Shown here: in pieces, positions 50,201-61,116 of the stretch
Numbering within the stretch: position 1 is the first letter of the stretch
Layout: each line of letters opens with the position of its first letter
Source: Methanomethylovorans hollandica DSM 15978
GTDB lineage: Archaea > Halobacteriota > Methanosarcinia > Methanosarcinales > Methanosarcinaceae
Direction: 5' to 3'
DNA length: 64,000 nt
NCBI RefSeq assembly: GCF_000328665.1
Contig: NC_019972.1
Location: forward strand, 1 to 64,000
Program-made: the position numbers and the translations under genes
Notes under the pieces: generated by a model
Database searches by the model: none
Seen by the model: only the letters and a program-made list of their open reading frames with translations
What the model was told of the DNA's origin: nothing

Positions 50201-50976
50201 ATTACTCCTGTAGTAATAACATTAAATTCTTCTCCGGGTTTCAGTAATGTCTTAATACGATTTACTTTACCATGTAGACTTCCAGGGATTCTTAGTACTC
50301 GGTTATCTCCATACGTTACAACTTTATCAACAGGGATCCCTATCGTTGTAAAGTAGGATGCAAGGAATCCCCTTGTTTCTTTTTTAAGCTCTGTCATTCT
50401 AGGATATGTGCATTCCAGATGAGCTCCCTGCCCACTAAAATATACCAATATTTCATTTTCAGGAATGCCAATTTCAAGTAGAATTTGCTTGAGTTTGTGA
50501 ATTCCCTTAATTGCAAGGGATATACAATTAAAACAGTATGGGTAGTTCCTTGGATTTAAATTTCGGATGTAATCTAACCTGCTGATAAATTCAGGACTTC
50601 CTTCCTTCAAATCACCAAATTTTGGATGATGCTCGCATTTTGCATACTTTGCTACATCCTTTGCATCAATATCAACAGTGAATAAGGATCCTGTCCCATA
50701 ATAGGCAGAAATGGCCCCATTTTCAATAAGGAAATTTTTTAGTTCATCGAATGTCTGGAACTGTATAGCTTTACCAAGTGTTCCCCGGATGAACTTCTCA
50801 TTCCTATCGATACATGCCCATTCTGGAACCGTACGAATTGATTTTATAAAGCTTGATGCATTCTGTTCGAAAAGAAACTGGAATTTTGTATTATAGAACT
50901 GATGAATTTCTTCTTGAGAGGCCGGTCTCCAGGTAACATGAGTTGGCTCCCATTTGTAAATGTTATTTATGTCTAT
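50197..50976 (-). CDS. priS: archaeo-eukaryotic primase small subunit, probable ATA start
   Basis: The frame is open for 122 codons upstream of the track's TTG and contains the catalytic VDIDAKD; YFSGQGAH and D...RVLRIPGSLH lie downstream. Confidence 0.85.
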   Translation of the reverse strand: MDINNIYKWEPTHVTWRPASQEEIHQFYNTKFQFLFEQNASSFIKSIRTVPEWACIDRNEKFIRGTLGKAIQFQTFDELKNFLIENGAISAYYGTGSLFTVDIDAKDVAKYAKCEHHPKFGDLKEGSPEFISRLDYIRNLNPRNYPYCFNCISLAIKGIHKLKQILLEIGIPENEILVYFSGQGAHLECTYPRMTELKKETRGFLASYFTTIGIPVDKVVTYGDNRVLRIPGSLHGKVNRIKTLLKPGEEFNVITTGVI

Positions 50977-51280
50977 AGTATCGCCTCTAGTATCGTTATT
51001 TTTGAGTACAATCTTGAATTGGTTTAGAGAAAATCATTTAGACTATAAGCTTTAGTTTTTATTATATATCTCTTATATCAAGAATCTACTTAAAAATATT
51101 GTGGTGTTTTTAATCTCTATCGTTTTTTCAAACTAAAGTATAAATACTATTTAAGACATGTTTAAGTGTAGCAAGATACACTGCAGAAAATGCAATTGTA
51201 GCTTACCAACAACGAAGAAGAAAGCGGAAGCTATAATCACTGATTTTGTTTCAATGTGAATTGATTTTCACGAACAAACG

Positions 51281-53230
51281 ATGTATAGCAGCAGACATAT
51301 CCAAAGCGGAGGGATTATGCAAAACTCTCGAATTGATGATCCGATTGCTCAAATACTTGAGAGAACAGTGGCTCAAGTGAATCAGTTAAATGATCCATGG
51401 TACTATGAGTTTTTGTTATCTATTGATCGAAAGCAAGAATTTTTAACAAAAAAGTTATTTATCGTTCCTAAACTTAAGAAATATAGACAGCAACAGATTG
51501 GAAGATATGGACTCTACAACTGGATATTTAGGTTATGGGGGTTAGATAAACCCCTTCAACCGGAATATGTCATCTCAAAAGCAATATTCCTATTCAGTGC
51601 ATCTGTTTTAATTTCAATATTAGTTTCATTTCTTTCAGTAATCCTTTCCTTAATAGTTTTAGTAATTGGGTATTTGATAGCATCACGATGTTTATCAATG
51701 CCCTATAATATCTTGCAAACAATCCGGAGCATGGATTTATTACACTATCCTCAAACAGCTAGTGTATTTGCAGCCAGAGATGTAAAAGAGCTTCTCGAGA
51801 TACTTCAGGATGTAGAAGTAATTGGTCACGAAGTTCAAAGTATGCTTGCCCATTATCTCAATACTCCCAATCCTAGCATATCAACGCTGGAAGGAGAAAT
51901 TGGTGATTACTTAAACAAACATCCATTAACTTCAATGACGTTAATAAAGGATGTTCTAGATGTGTTCAGGACTCCGAATCTTGATATTCGAAAACAACAA
52001 AAGCTGAATATCATGAGGCAATTTCCTTTGGAATTGTCAGAATACTTCAAACGAGTTACAAATGACTATAAACAAATACAGTCAACATCTTTGATGTTCA
52101 GTGAAATGGTAGTTTTTTCAATGTTTATGATTCTGGCAATATTTGGTCTCATTGAAACGCCATTCTCGTTAGTATTACCTGCAGTTGTTATTGCAGTATC
52201 TGATGTTTTTGTCCATCAGTTACTGATGCGAAGTATTTCGATTAGGTTATTCTACAATTTCAGATTGGCAGAGGCTGAAAAAGTTCTTCGTAAAAAATAC
52301 ATAAAACATTCAATTCTGATAGGAGTTATAATATCAGTTGCTTTTGGTTTAATGATTGAAGATCCTAAAGTCGGAATTTTATGTATTATCATGGGAGTGC
52401 CTTTCGTCAGTTATATGATGACATCCTTATTGGCTGTTGTTGTGATCGAACAGGAAGCTCCTCCACTTCCCTTACACAAAATGATAAGAGAATACATTTC
52501 AATGATTTCCTGTATCCGCTTGAATGTCGGAGAAGTCTCAATGAGATCTGCAGTTGACATTGGTCTTAGAGAATTTTATACTGGTCCATTACAGGAGGTC
52601 ATTCGTCCTATAATAACCGACTACCACTTCAATAAAGATATCCATGATATATTGAAGAGAATACATGAAGAAGCATTTAATAGATCTTCTATTCTCAGGC
52701 CATATATTTTCTTCATAGAATCTATTATTGAAACATCACCTGTAAAAGGTAAAAAAACAGAAACAAATCCAGTTGAGCTATTTGATATAATCTATGAAAT
52801 CAGTACTCAAATTTTGAGACCATTGGCACTGAGTTTTGAATCTATCGTTATCATAGGCACAAGCAGAGCTAAATTTACTGGCGTTATCAATGGAATTACT
52901 GCAGGTATATTCATAATTCTTGGTAAAATATTCCAAAATGTTCTTATTAAAGGATTAGGAAATATGGGTAGCTTCATTGGCACCGATAATGCTGGAAATA
53001 TGAGTAACTGGATGATGGATTTCATGGTAGGTATGATTGGTACTCTTAATGGTACGGATCTTATTGCAGCTGGTCTTATATCTTTAGCTGGTACATATCT
53101 TGGTGTCTATCCATTCCAGGAAAAGAGGACAGGAGCATATATAATTAGTGTTGTGTCAGCTATTTTCAGCTCATATGCTGGATTCTTGGCGATGAATAAA
53201 CTAATTGAAATGATGACACATCTATTTTGA
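51281..53230 (+). CDS. TadB/TadC (FlaJ/GspF-like) pilus platform membrane protein
   Basis: Two cytoplasmic domains, each followed by TM clusters; inferred from topology and gene context. Confidence 0.55.
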   Translation: MYSSRHIQSGGIMQNSRIDDPIAQILERTVAQVNQLNDPWYYEFLLSIDRKQEFLTKKLFIVPKLKKYRQQQIGRYGLYNWIFRLWGLDKPLQPEYVISKAIFLFSASVLISILVSFLSVILSLIVLVIGYLIASRCLSMPYNILQTIRSMDLLHYPQTASVFAARDVKELLEILQDVEVIGHEVQSMLAHYLNTPNPSISTLEGEIGDYLNKHPLTSMTLIKDVLDVFRTPNLDIRKQQKLNIMRQFPLELSEYFKRVTNDYKQIQSTSLMFSEMVVFSMFMILAIFGLIETPFSLVLPAVVIAVSDVFVHQLLMRSISIRLFYNFRLAEAEKVLRKKYIKHSILIGVIISVAFGLMIEDPKVGILCIIMGVPFVSYMMTSLLAVVVIEQEAPPLPLHKMIREYISMISCIRLNVGEVSMRSAVDIGLREFYTGPLQEVIRPIITDYHFNKDIHDILKRIHEEAFNRSSILRPYIFFIESIIETSPVKGKKTETNPVELFDIIYEISTQILRPLALSFESIVIIGTSRAKFTGVINGITAGIFIILGKIFQNVLIKGLGNMGSFIGTDNAGNMSNWMMDFMVGMIGTLNGTDLIAAGLISLAGTYLGVYPFQEKRTGAYIISVVSAIFSSYAGFLAMNKLIEMMTHLF

Positions 53231-53441
53231 TGTGTAATCTTATTTTTTAGAAAAATCAGGAAGAGTAGCAGTTATATAGTTAATATTTTTTGGATGAGCT
53301 AATGATGATACAATAATGTATAAAAACGCCATGCAAAATAAGTATCAATATCAGGGCTCTTATACAGGACTTCAACTCCACAATCTGGACATTTTCTGAT
53401 ATATACAGTATCTCCAGGCTTCATAGGAAACATTTCTGAAT

Positions 53442-54321
53442 GAGCCCATATCAAAACTATAAATACTATCTTTCTTAATGTTATTGTGGGGATATGAATG
53501 GAATTCAGAGAACTCTCTGATGATCAATGGAAATTTATGAAGCCACACTTACCACCACAACCAATTACCGGAAGAAAGAGAGCTGATGACCGTAAGGTTA
53601 TCAATGGTATTCTCTTTGTTCTGATAACAGGTTGCAGATGGGGAGATATGCCAGCTATTTATGGTTCCCAGGCAACTGCCTGGAGAAGGCTGAAAAGGTG
53701 GTCAGAGGAAGGTATATGGAACGAGATAATGGAATCTCTTCGGGATTCCGCTTACCAGAAAGGTAAGTTCTCGTTGGATACAGTGTGTATCGATAGCAGT
53801 TTCATCGAAGCTAAAAAAGGGGAGAGGACTCCTCGTACAACGGTCACAAGAAAAGAAAAGGCATAAAGATTCATGCATGTGTAAGTTGTGAAGGTTTTCC
53901 TCTTACAATCCAAATATCTTCTGGAAAAGAGCACGACAGACAGTACTTCATTGAAGTTATGGAGAATATTAAGGTCAATACCCATGGAAGACCAAGAACA
54001 AGACCTCTTGAAGTTCTGGCAGATGCTGCATACGACGATGCAGAGATCAGGCAGTATTTAAGGTCCAGAGCTATCAAAAGCAACATACCGATCAATACAA
54101 GGAACAGTAAAAGAAAGAAAAAAGGAAGACCTACTCGATTTGATGAGGAAACATATCATTACAGAGGAACTATAGAACGATTCTTTGCATGGTTGAAGAT
54201 GGGATTTAGAAAACTGGCAAGTAGATATGAAAGGCTTAATGTGGTTTTCAAAGGATTATTAGATATTGCATGCTTTATGTTGTGTTGGAAAAAGGTGTGA
54301 GAGAAGTTTTGAAATAGGCTC
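53442..54321 (+). mobile_element. IS5-family (IS427-like) element, 880 bp
   Basis: Imperfect 17-bp TIRs GAGCCCATATCAAAACT and GAGCCTATTTCAAAACT (reverse complement); AAT target duplication. Confidence 0.9.
53498..54300 (+). CDS. IS5 transposase made by -1 frameshift (orfA 53498..53866 plus orfB)
   Basis: LSDDQW, TGCRW, IDSS, ADAAYD and IERFFAWLK; slippery AAAAAAGGGG at 53813-53822; orfB is in the -1 frame. Confidence 0.9.
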
Positions 54322-54613
54322 AATTATAAAATGTTCTTAAAGTATTCTTTGGCTCATCCAAGACCTTTACGTCTATTTGATTACCATGGAACATTTGAAT
54401 AATCCCACGACTACAGATTGGCTCGAGTACCGTATCCACTATTTTTTGGCACATGTAATTAGTTTCCATGTTTCTCAAATCCTGTTACTGTCTAGTTCAA
54501 TTGTGCATTTCTACATATTAATATTTTGGTGCTACTATGGCAATGCCTTCAAATATTAATATAATTACGTGTTCGTTTTTGTTACTAATAATAAAGATTC
54601 CTGAGTTTTTAGC

Positions 54614-57600
54614 TCAGGGATCAGCTGATTCATCAACTTTTAATTTTATAGCAGTTAGGAATTTGAGGAAATCAAGGTCCTTACTACTAGCCATAGAATT
54701 TGGAATATCGTTCTGGATTGTGTCAATCACTTCTCTTTTGCCTGTAACGTAAATGGTATCAATTTGTGCATTTTCTCCGGCATTACAGGCTGCAAAGTAT
54801 ATTTCAGATAGTAACTGGGATGTCACTGATTTAACATAAACATATAGAATTTGCTGGTTATTGTTTGTTCCACTGATCCAATGAATACTATTGATATCCC
54901 CTTCTTCGGTGTTCTCTAGAGATCCAACGTCAACTGCTTGTATTTCCCTTGAATCTGTTTTTGTATCAACATTATTTTCCGGGATATACCATTTTACATC
55001 CTTTTGAGATAATCCTACAGTTGAGACATCAAATCCTTCGATCACATATACTGCACCATGTCCTTGTGAAACTGTGTGTTTCAGAACTCCACAGTCTATT
55101 AGTTTTAGGAAAAATCTCCCTATTATATCAGGTGCAATCATTTCACATTCATTTGATACACTTGTTGCAATATTCTCAGCACAGTAGAACTGACTTTTAC
55201 ATGAAAAACGTGCATGGTTTTTCATAACAGCTAGAATAATTGCTTTTTTATCAGGGATTTCAGGACAGAATTTTGTATACTTCATGTATATAAGAATATC
55301 ATCTAAATTCGTTGCTGGTAAATTAATGTTCTCTTTCTGTTCCATTGATTTAGATGGCTGCTGCATTGATTCCTGATTTCTTTCTTCGATTAATTTTTCA
55401 ATTTCCTTTTCTTTACGTAACTGCATACGCTTTGAAGCGAACTCTTCGCCTGTATATGGTCTCCATACTATCCCCAGGTTTCGGTAGAACTTTGCAGCAA
55501 CGTCATATATTCTCTCGTCTGTAATTGTTTTTCCGGCAAGGTTTCTAACATTTGGATCTATAGGAATTGGGTTCCGGATACCATTTTCGACTAGTTTCTG
55601 TTTATATATCTCGTCAATACGACTGAATTTAACTATAAATGGATCAGGAAACGTATTTGGTGCATGAACAAAACATCTTCCTGGCATCATACTTGGCATG
55701 ATATCTGCCTGTTCTTCTTGCAGCATCATACTATCTTCGAGTACTCTTTTATCAGCACCATCTGCAGTTCGGAAAGCTAGTTTAATTGCTGTGTTCAGGA
55801 TTGCATCTCTATATACTGCTCCCGGAGACTGGTCGCATATGTCTACCGACACATCACTGGCACGTACTTCTTTTAGAAGCTCTGAAATTACTTTTACGGC
55901 TCCTCCTGCAGGACTGTCCATTTTACTTGGATGTATTGCAGGGAATATTCGATGTGCTTCTTCAATGACTATCTTATGTCTCATTTCTCCTATACTTGTT
56001 CCATTTTTCTCAAGGTATCCGGCACATGAGCTTAGCATAGAAGCTACAATGAAACTTTTCATTTTCTCGTCTTTTAGCCATGCAAGATTTATCACAACAT
56101 TGTTGTTAAGAAGTTCCTGTGGAGTAATTCCATTTTGAACATTGAAACAATGACCAATACTTCCATTTGTAAAAGGAATCATCTTTCTAACGAGAGCTTC
56201 CTTTACTTCTTTTAATCCCATTCCTTTCTGTTGTCTTGGATCATCATATTGGTCGATTATTTCGATTAGGTCTGTAAAAGAAGGATTGACATATTGTTCA
56301 TATAATTGGTATATGCACGTCGAAAGGATTGAATATTGTGGTGGTGTAAGTGAGTCTCCAAAAGCAACTGCAAAAGCATTTCCAATAAGTTGTATATGCG
56401 AGTCTGTAGATACTTTAGTTGGAACCGTAAATGGATTGAATAGAAGACCTACAGCTGTTTCAGGATTACCTAAACATATTATTTCGGGAGATGGTACGAA
56501 AATACCATGAGCAGATAAATCAAAAAGACCAGCAAGATTGAACCATTCTCCCTTTGTTGGTTCTATTACAAGGACTTTTATACCTTGTCTTATCAGCTGT
56601 TCCATAATTACAAATTCAGCGTTTGTTTTACCACTACCAGTTGCTCCAGTTATGAAACAATGCTCGTTTGCGACTTTAAGGACAGCATAGTGATGGGCTT
56701 TTTCAACTCTTCCAATAAGAATATTTGCTTTTCTGGGATCAGGAAGGAAAACTTGTTTTGTAGGTATTTTAAAGACAACTGATTCCTTTATATGTACAAG
56801 GCTCCCTCCTTCAAAATTCAAGTATTTTGAAAGAACATTAACAGATGCAACCGGATACGTTCCATCGGATAGCATTCCATATGTAATATAGTCTTCAACC
56901 CGTGCTTTACCATCGAGATCATATTCTTTTTTCATAAGTACATTTGGCAAGGTTTGAAGTATTGATTCGACATCTTTCAAAGATTGCTCGTGTGCAAAAA
57001 CAATTATTTCAAAAGCAAACACTTCACGAGCATGCATGAGGTCTTCTTCCTGGTTCTGTAAAAGTGTTGATATCCCAACAGATTCAAACCGTACAACCTC
57101 TGTACTTATTCTATGTTCTAGCATCACGCCTTCAGCTTGTGTCATGTGGGTATAACTTGCATCCTTTCTGAATATTCTGTATCTCTGATCGAGACTAGAA
57201 CGAACATCAGATAATTCTTCATCTGTGATTTTCCTCATTCTGATCATGAAGTCTACGGGTATGTCCAGCTGGCTGAACTGTTCTAATATGATGGTTATAG
57301 ATTGCTGGATAAATTCCGTTCTGGTTTCATCCATTTCTTCCTGATTGATTTTCACTAAACCATTGAAGTTAGTAAATTGGAATTGAGGAGATGATTTAAT
57401 AACAACGGCGTTATTGTTGATAGGTGGTATGTAATCAAGTCTCTCAAATTCAATGTTATGTCTAACCATCAAATTATCGATGTTATCTGCATCCGATTTT
57501 GAGAACGTTACAATTCCCAGGGTATTTTCGTGAAAATTCATTCTTAATATTGCTTTGTCCAGCTGGGATAATAGCTGTGACGTGAAGGCAATTTTATTGA

Positions 57601-57706
57601 GATCTGAAGGCACTTCTCTAATAACAACTTCGTTAGTGGGGGAATTTAGTGTCAAAAGTACACGAAAATTTGAAAGACGAATTTTGTTTCTTATTTTTCC
57701 TAGCAT
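54614..57706 (-). CDS. HerA/FtsK-superfamily ATPase (VirB4/coupling-protein-like)
   Basis: HCFITGATGSGKT, VLVIEPTKGEW, FNPF, IVIEEAHR, EVR...DQSP and NT motifs. Confidence 0.85.
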   Translation of the reverse strand: MLGKIRNKIRLSNFRVLLTLNSPTNEVVIREVPSDLNKIAFTSQLLSQLDKAILRMNFHENTLGIVTFSKSDADNIDNLMVRHNIEFERLDYIPPINNNAVVIKSSPQFQFTNFNGLVKINQEEMDETRTEFIQQSITIILEQFSQLDIPVDFMIRMRKITDEELSDVRSSLDQRYRIFRKDASYTHMTQAEGVMLEHRISTEVVRFESVGISTLLQNQEEDLMHAREVFAFEIIVFAHEQSLKDVESILQTLPNVLMKKEYDLDGKARVEDYITYGMLSDGTYPVASVNVLSKYLNFEGGSLVHIKESVVFKIPTKQVFLPDPRKANILIGRVEKAHHYAVLKVANEHCFITGATGSGKTNAEFVIMEQLIRQGIKVLVIEPTKGEWFNLAGLFDLSAHGIFVPSPEIICLGNPETAVGLLFNPFTVPTKVSTDSHIQLIGNAFAVAFGDSLTPPQYSILSTCIYQLYEQYVNPSFTDLIEIIDQYDDPRQQKGMGLKEVKEALVRKMIPFTNGSIGHCFNVQNGITPQELLNNNVVINLAWLKDEKMKSFIVASMLSSCAGYLEKNGTSIGEMRHKIVIEEAHRIFPAIHPSKMDSPAGGAVKVISELLKEVRASDVSVDICDQSPGAVYRDAILNTAIKLAFRTADGADKRVLEDSMMLQEEQADIMPSMMPGRCFVHAPNTFPDPFIVKFSRIDEIYKQKLVENGIRNPIPIDPNVRNLAGKTITDERIYDVAAKFYRNLGIVWRPYTGEEFASKRMQLRKEKEIEKLIEERNQESMQQPSKSMEQKENINLPATNLDDILIYMKYTKFCPEIPDKKAIILAVMKNHARFSCKSQFYCAENIATSVSNECEMIAPDIIGRFFLKLIDCGVLKHTVSQGHGAVYVIEGFDVSTVGLSQKDVKWYIPENNVDTKTDSREIQAVDVGSLENTEEGDINSIHWISGTNNNQQILYVYVKSVTSQLLSEIYFAACNAGENAQIDTIYVTGKREVIDTIQNDIPNSMASSKDLDFLKFLTAIKLKVDESADP

Positions 57707-57781
57707 TTTCTCCTCCGATTATAATTACATTTTGATTACGTTTTTCAAAGCTTAATGGTTAAATTCATGGTAGTATTTTGT

Positions 57782-58405
57782 TCATATTCCTAAACTCCTT
57801 AGTGCTGGATCAGCGAATGTAAAAAATCTAATTGTGATGTTCTGGAATATGGGTATTGTGACTAGTAGTATTGTAATAATGGCTCCAAAAGCAAATACCT
57901 CAATTGGCCTCCAATAAGCATTCAATTCGGGCTCTGGAAAAATGTTTACCATATAATAGGATTTGAAGGATATTGGATACAAGAATCGGCATTTGTATCC
58001 AGTTATTGACATAAGAGTCATTTTTAAGACCCTTACTACCAGTGTTGCTGCAAGCAGACTATAAATCAATCTTTCAGAGAACCCAACAAGAAGGATAGTT
58101 GTTAGAGTAATAAGAACAGGAATTGTTATTGCTAAAAACAGAGATTCATCGTTTGCAACTTGGATTTCTCGATGGGGACGATTTCCAGTATACCGGATTT
58201 TTTCGTATATAATGGTTAGTACCTGGATTAAAATAAAGAATCTACCTGCGATCAAACAAGAAAGAATAATCAAGAAGATTGCACCAAACCTAAGAGAAGC
58301 ATAAAATTGTAAAAGACCATCCGTATGCAAAAAAGTAAATAATATGTATATAATTATTCCTACAGCGGCTCCAACAACTATCGATAGATTTCTTTGAGTA
58401 TGCAT
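57782..58405 (-). CDS. polytopic membrane protein
   Basis: About 5 TM segments; GGAGG RBS; upstream of the HerA-like ATPase. Confidence 0.7.
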   Translation of the reverse strand: MHTQRNLSIVVGAAVGIIIYILFTFLHTDGLLQFYASLRFGAIFLIILSCLIAGRFFILIQVLTIIYEKIRYTGNRPHREIQVANDESLFLAITIPVLITLTTILLVGFSERLIYSLLAATLVVRVLKMTLMSITGYKCRFLYPISFKSYYMVNIFPEPELNAYWRPIEVFAFGAIITILLVTIPIFQNITIRFFTFADPALRSLGI

Positions 58406-58495
58406 TGTTCCTCCCGTGCACGGACTCTTTATTAAAGCAGAAAGTAAGCATAACTATATATAACAAACAAGCATAAAAAGATTTGCGAGGTTTTT

Positions 58496-58672
58496 ATGAC
58501 TATTAAACAGTCTACAAGGCTATTAGTAGCAATTCAAGAGGATCTAATTAATCTGGCGTTTTTTAGTGCAATAGCTATGAGAATCATGGAAACTATTCCT
58601 ATAATGGGATGGCTATATATGTCCAGTGCTATGCAAAAAACGCTTAAATTCATTCTGGGTGCGATAATATGA
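58496..58672 (+). CDS. 58-aa hydrophobic protein (MTIKQSTRLL...)
   Basis: Translated by hand; GAGG RBS, upstream TATATATA, ATGA overlap with the next gene. Confidence 0.55.
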   Translation: MTIKQSTRLLVAIQEDLINLAFFSAIAMRIMETIPIMGWLYMSSAMQKTLKFILGAII

Positions 58673-58926
58673 TTACAACGGCAGCAGACTGGATTTTTGA
58701 CACAATGACTAAGTATGCTCTCTTGGCGATAACATTGATGTTTATGATTAATTATGTCTATGATCTTGTAGCTTATAGCATGGCGTTACAAGCATACTCG
58801 ATAGTTAATCCTTTTGGACCAGACATAACTATCTGTGGAATTTCGATAAATCCTTTTGAAGATACTGCTCGAACAGCAGCACATGAAATTCTGGCTGTTT
58901 TCTATCCAAAACCTGCTGGATGGTGA
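58669..58926 (+). CDS. small pilin-like membrane protein
   Basis: N-terminal TM helix; C-terminal PAGW echoes 27556..27861 (PHAW). Confidence 0.55.
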   Translation: MITTAADWIFDTMTKYALLAITLMFMINYVYDLVAYSMALQAYSIVNPFGPDITICGISINPFEDTARTAAHEILAVFYPKPAGW

Positions 58927-58930
58927 AATT

Positions 58931-59143
58931 ATGTTTAATAAAAAAGCTAAATACTTTTCTATAATTTCAATATACAATGAACTGATTTCATTGGCTTTTC
59001 CAATAATAATGATTGCTGTTGCCTGTTCTGCGTATAATGTGATATTAGATTCATCTACAGTTGCATATGGTACATTATCAACTCAAATTGGAAATGTAGG
59101 AGATTCATTGTCCAATGCCTTGAATACAATAATGACAACCTGA
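58931..59143 (+). CDS. pilin-like protein (MFNKKA...)
   Basis: GGTGA RBS; MFxxK leader; IY.(E/D)LISLA shared with 27870..28103. Confidence 0.65.
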   Translation: MFNKKAKYFSIISIYNELISLAFPIIMIAVACSAYNVILDSSTVAYGTLSTQIGNVGDSLSNALNTIMTT

Positions 59144-59154
59144 GGTACAAGATC

Positions 59155-59742
59155 ATGTTAAAAAGTGCTGTGATGCTTGCATGTGACCTATTAATGATAA
59201 TTGCTGCTTTTGGTCTGGCAGGTTATTATTACAGTGCGAATCAAATGTCTGCAGGAGAATGGTATATGTTGCAATATGACGTAGAAACACTTGCGACTAA
59301 CATAAATACCGCTGCTGCAATTGATGGGTATGTTGAAATGTCTATGACAGTACCGCCATATTCTTACATAAGCGTTTATAATGATGATATATCGCTTCCA
59401 TCATATGGTACCGTTGTAGGTGTAAAAGTTAGTTCTCAGAGAAGCATGGAATGGCTTGTATTTAATACTTTAATTGAAGGCTCAAGAAGATACAATCAAT
59501 TGGGGTATGTAATGGGTCCTGTTACAAGAGGAACAGCAAGTGTTTTCCAAACAATTTTTGTAGAGAAAACAACAGTATCTCATACTCAGATTTCGTCCCC
59601 TGCGTTTACTACTATTATCGATAATACGTATGGTGATGAATCAGAAGAGTTTGATATTATTCTTGATGGAACACAAAAATATCTCCATTCAGGCGATGGT
59701 TATGTATATCCAATTGTTTCCATGGAAGTAACTGCAGTTTAA
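59155..59742 (+). CDS. minor pilin-like protein
   Basis: N-terminal hydrophobic helix followed by a soluble domain. Confidence 0.55.
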   Translation: MLKSAVMLACDLLMIIAAFGLAGYYYSANQMSAGEWYMLQYDVETLATNINTAAAIDGYVEMSMTVPPYSYISVYNDDISLPSYGTVVGVKVSSQRSMEWLVFNTLIEGSRRYNQLGYVMGPVTRGTASVFQTIFVEKTTVSHTQISSPAFTTIIDNTYGDESEEFDIILDGTQKYLHSGDGYVYPIVSMEVTAV

Positions 59743-59763
59743 TTATCAATCGGAGGAGCTTAG

Positions 59764-60300
59764 ATGCTCGAGGAAATCAATAGGCATTCCGTATCGTTTA
59801 CAATGTATTTAGTGATAGTAGCAGTAGTTATCCTTTTCGTAGGTGCAATAGAAATATCTATGTCAGTTCCCATTGGAATGACACAGGGTGCTGCAAATGC
59901 TAACTTCGCATCTAAATCTATGCTTTCTGGAGGATTAACAAGAACTGCAGCTATCATTGCAATGCCAAAGCTTGTTGGAATTAATCATGCAGATCTTGAA
60001 TTTGATCGTTTTTCGGGAGGAATTAGTGTAGGCGGAGATACAAGAGCGAACGGATATAGAATTAAAATAAATGGAATAGGCTTTACAGAGGATCAATCAG
60101 AAATGATGTTCCCATATGGACTGCCAATAGACAATTTCTTCCCTGAATCAGGAGTGATTCATACCGGGGAAGTAAAAGTAGTTTATTTCTATAATGTTCG
60201 CTGGACAGGCCTGTATCAGTCTGCTGAAGTCAGAGATTATCCAGAAGAAGTATTGAGTCCATTTGGTGAGATAATTGATTTTGAACATGTAGTTGATTAA
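59764..60300 (+). CDS. minor pilin-like protein
   Basis: N-terminal TM helix followed by a soluble domain. Confidence 0.55.
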   Translation: MLEEINRHSVSFTMYLVIVAVVILFVGAIEISMSVPIGMTQGAANANFASKSMLSGGLTRTAAIIAMPKLVGINHADLEFDRFSGGISVGGDTRANGYRIKINGIGFTEDQSEMMFPYGLPIDNFFPESGVIHTGEVKVVYFYNVRWTGLYQSAEVRDYPEEVLSPFGEIIDFEHVVD

Positions 60301-60308
60301 GGTGAAAC

Positions 60309-61112
60309 ATGAGAACGATTGCCTATATGGTTGCTCTGATGTGTGTAGGAATTATTATTTCATCCTCAACAGCAGTTTTTGTGGTACTATTGCTTACTGG
60401 AGAAAAAGCAGGTTTCCAGCAAGCAGCTGCTACGCTTGATACAGCTTCAGTTGCAGATTATCTTACTACTCATTATACATCATATTGTGATGGGACTTTA
60501 GCTGAAGACAATTACAATATCAATCCTTTTTATATGGTAAGTATGTATGATTTTGACGGGAATGGAGAGTATGATTATATTCAACGAATTAATGAAGTGA
60601 ACGATGGAGCCTTCAATATATATGCTGGTAGTGTTTCTTTCATGCTCAATGATCCAGAACATGAAGAATTAAGTACCGTTACACAAAGTATTACCTATAA
60701 TGTATCATCAACAAGATGTGATTGGTCGGATCATGTATCAGGTATTCATTCTCTACGTTATAATGCATTTTTAGCACTTAGGAATTTTATGTCTGCTGCT
60801 GCACAACAGATTATGGATCTGTTAGATCGAGCACTAGACTGGATTAATATGGTGTTTACTACTTCAGGAGAAACAGGGGATCTTGATGTTGTTCTCTCCA
60901 TACCGGCAGTTCCAACAGTTCCTTTTTCACTAACTCCGGCTGTTACAAAGAATGCAGAGATTCATTACACAATTCCAGTAATAATTACTGAAGGAGATAC
61001 AACTGTGTCGGATGCAACAGCAGCAGAGTTACACGTTGTTGAAGTTTCATCTAGAGTTACATTCTATGATGTTAGATCATATTTAAACAACGTAACTGAA
61101 CAGTGGAGTTGA
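60309..61112 (+). CDS. minor pilin-like or exported protein
   Basis: N-terminal TM helix; DFDGNGEYD Ca-loop-like motif. Confidence 0.55.
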   Translation: MRTIAYMVALMCVGIIISSSTAVFVVLLLTGEKAGFQQAAATLDTASVADYLTTHYTSYCDGTLAEDNYNINPFYMVSMYDFDGNGEYDYIQRINEVNDGAFNIYAGSVSFMLNDPEHEELSTVTQSITYNVSSTRCDWSDHVSGIHSLRYNAFLALRNFMSAAAQQIMDLLDRALDWINMVFTTSGETGDLDVVLSIPAVPTVPFSLTPAVTKNAEIHYTIPVIITEGDTTVSDATAAELHVVEVSSRVTFYDVRSYLNNVTEQWS

Positions 61113-61116
61113 ATAA

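Larger units (their letters stand above)
53299..54469 (-). pseudogene. 95-aa Cys-motif protein gene disrupted by IS5
   Basis: Removing 53442-54324 restores one ORF, METNYMC...FYNSEMF...KCPDCG...LYHH*. Confidence 0.75.

Noticed and set aside
53354..53371. Alternative IS5 left end GGGCTCTTATACAGGACT
   Set aside because: The match at 53442 is better, is flanked by the AAT duplication and restores the interrupted ORF.
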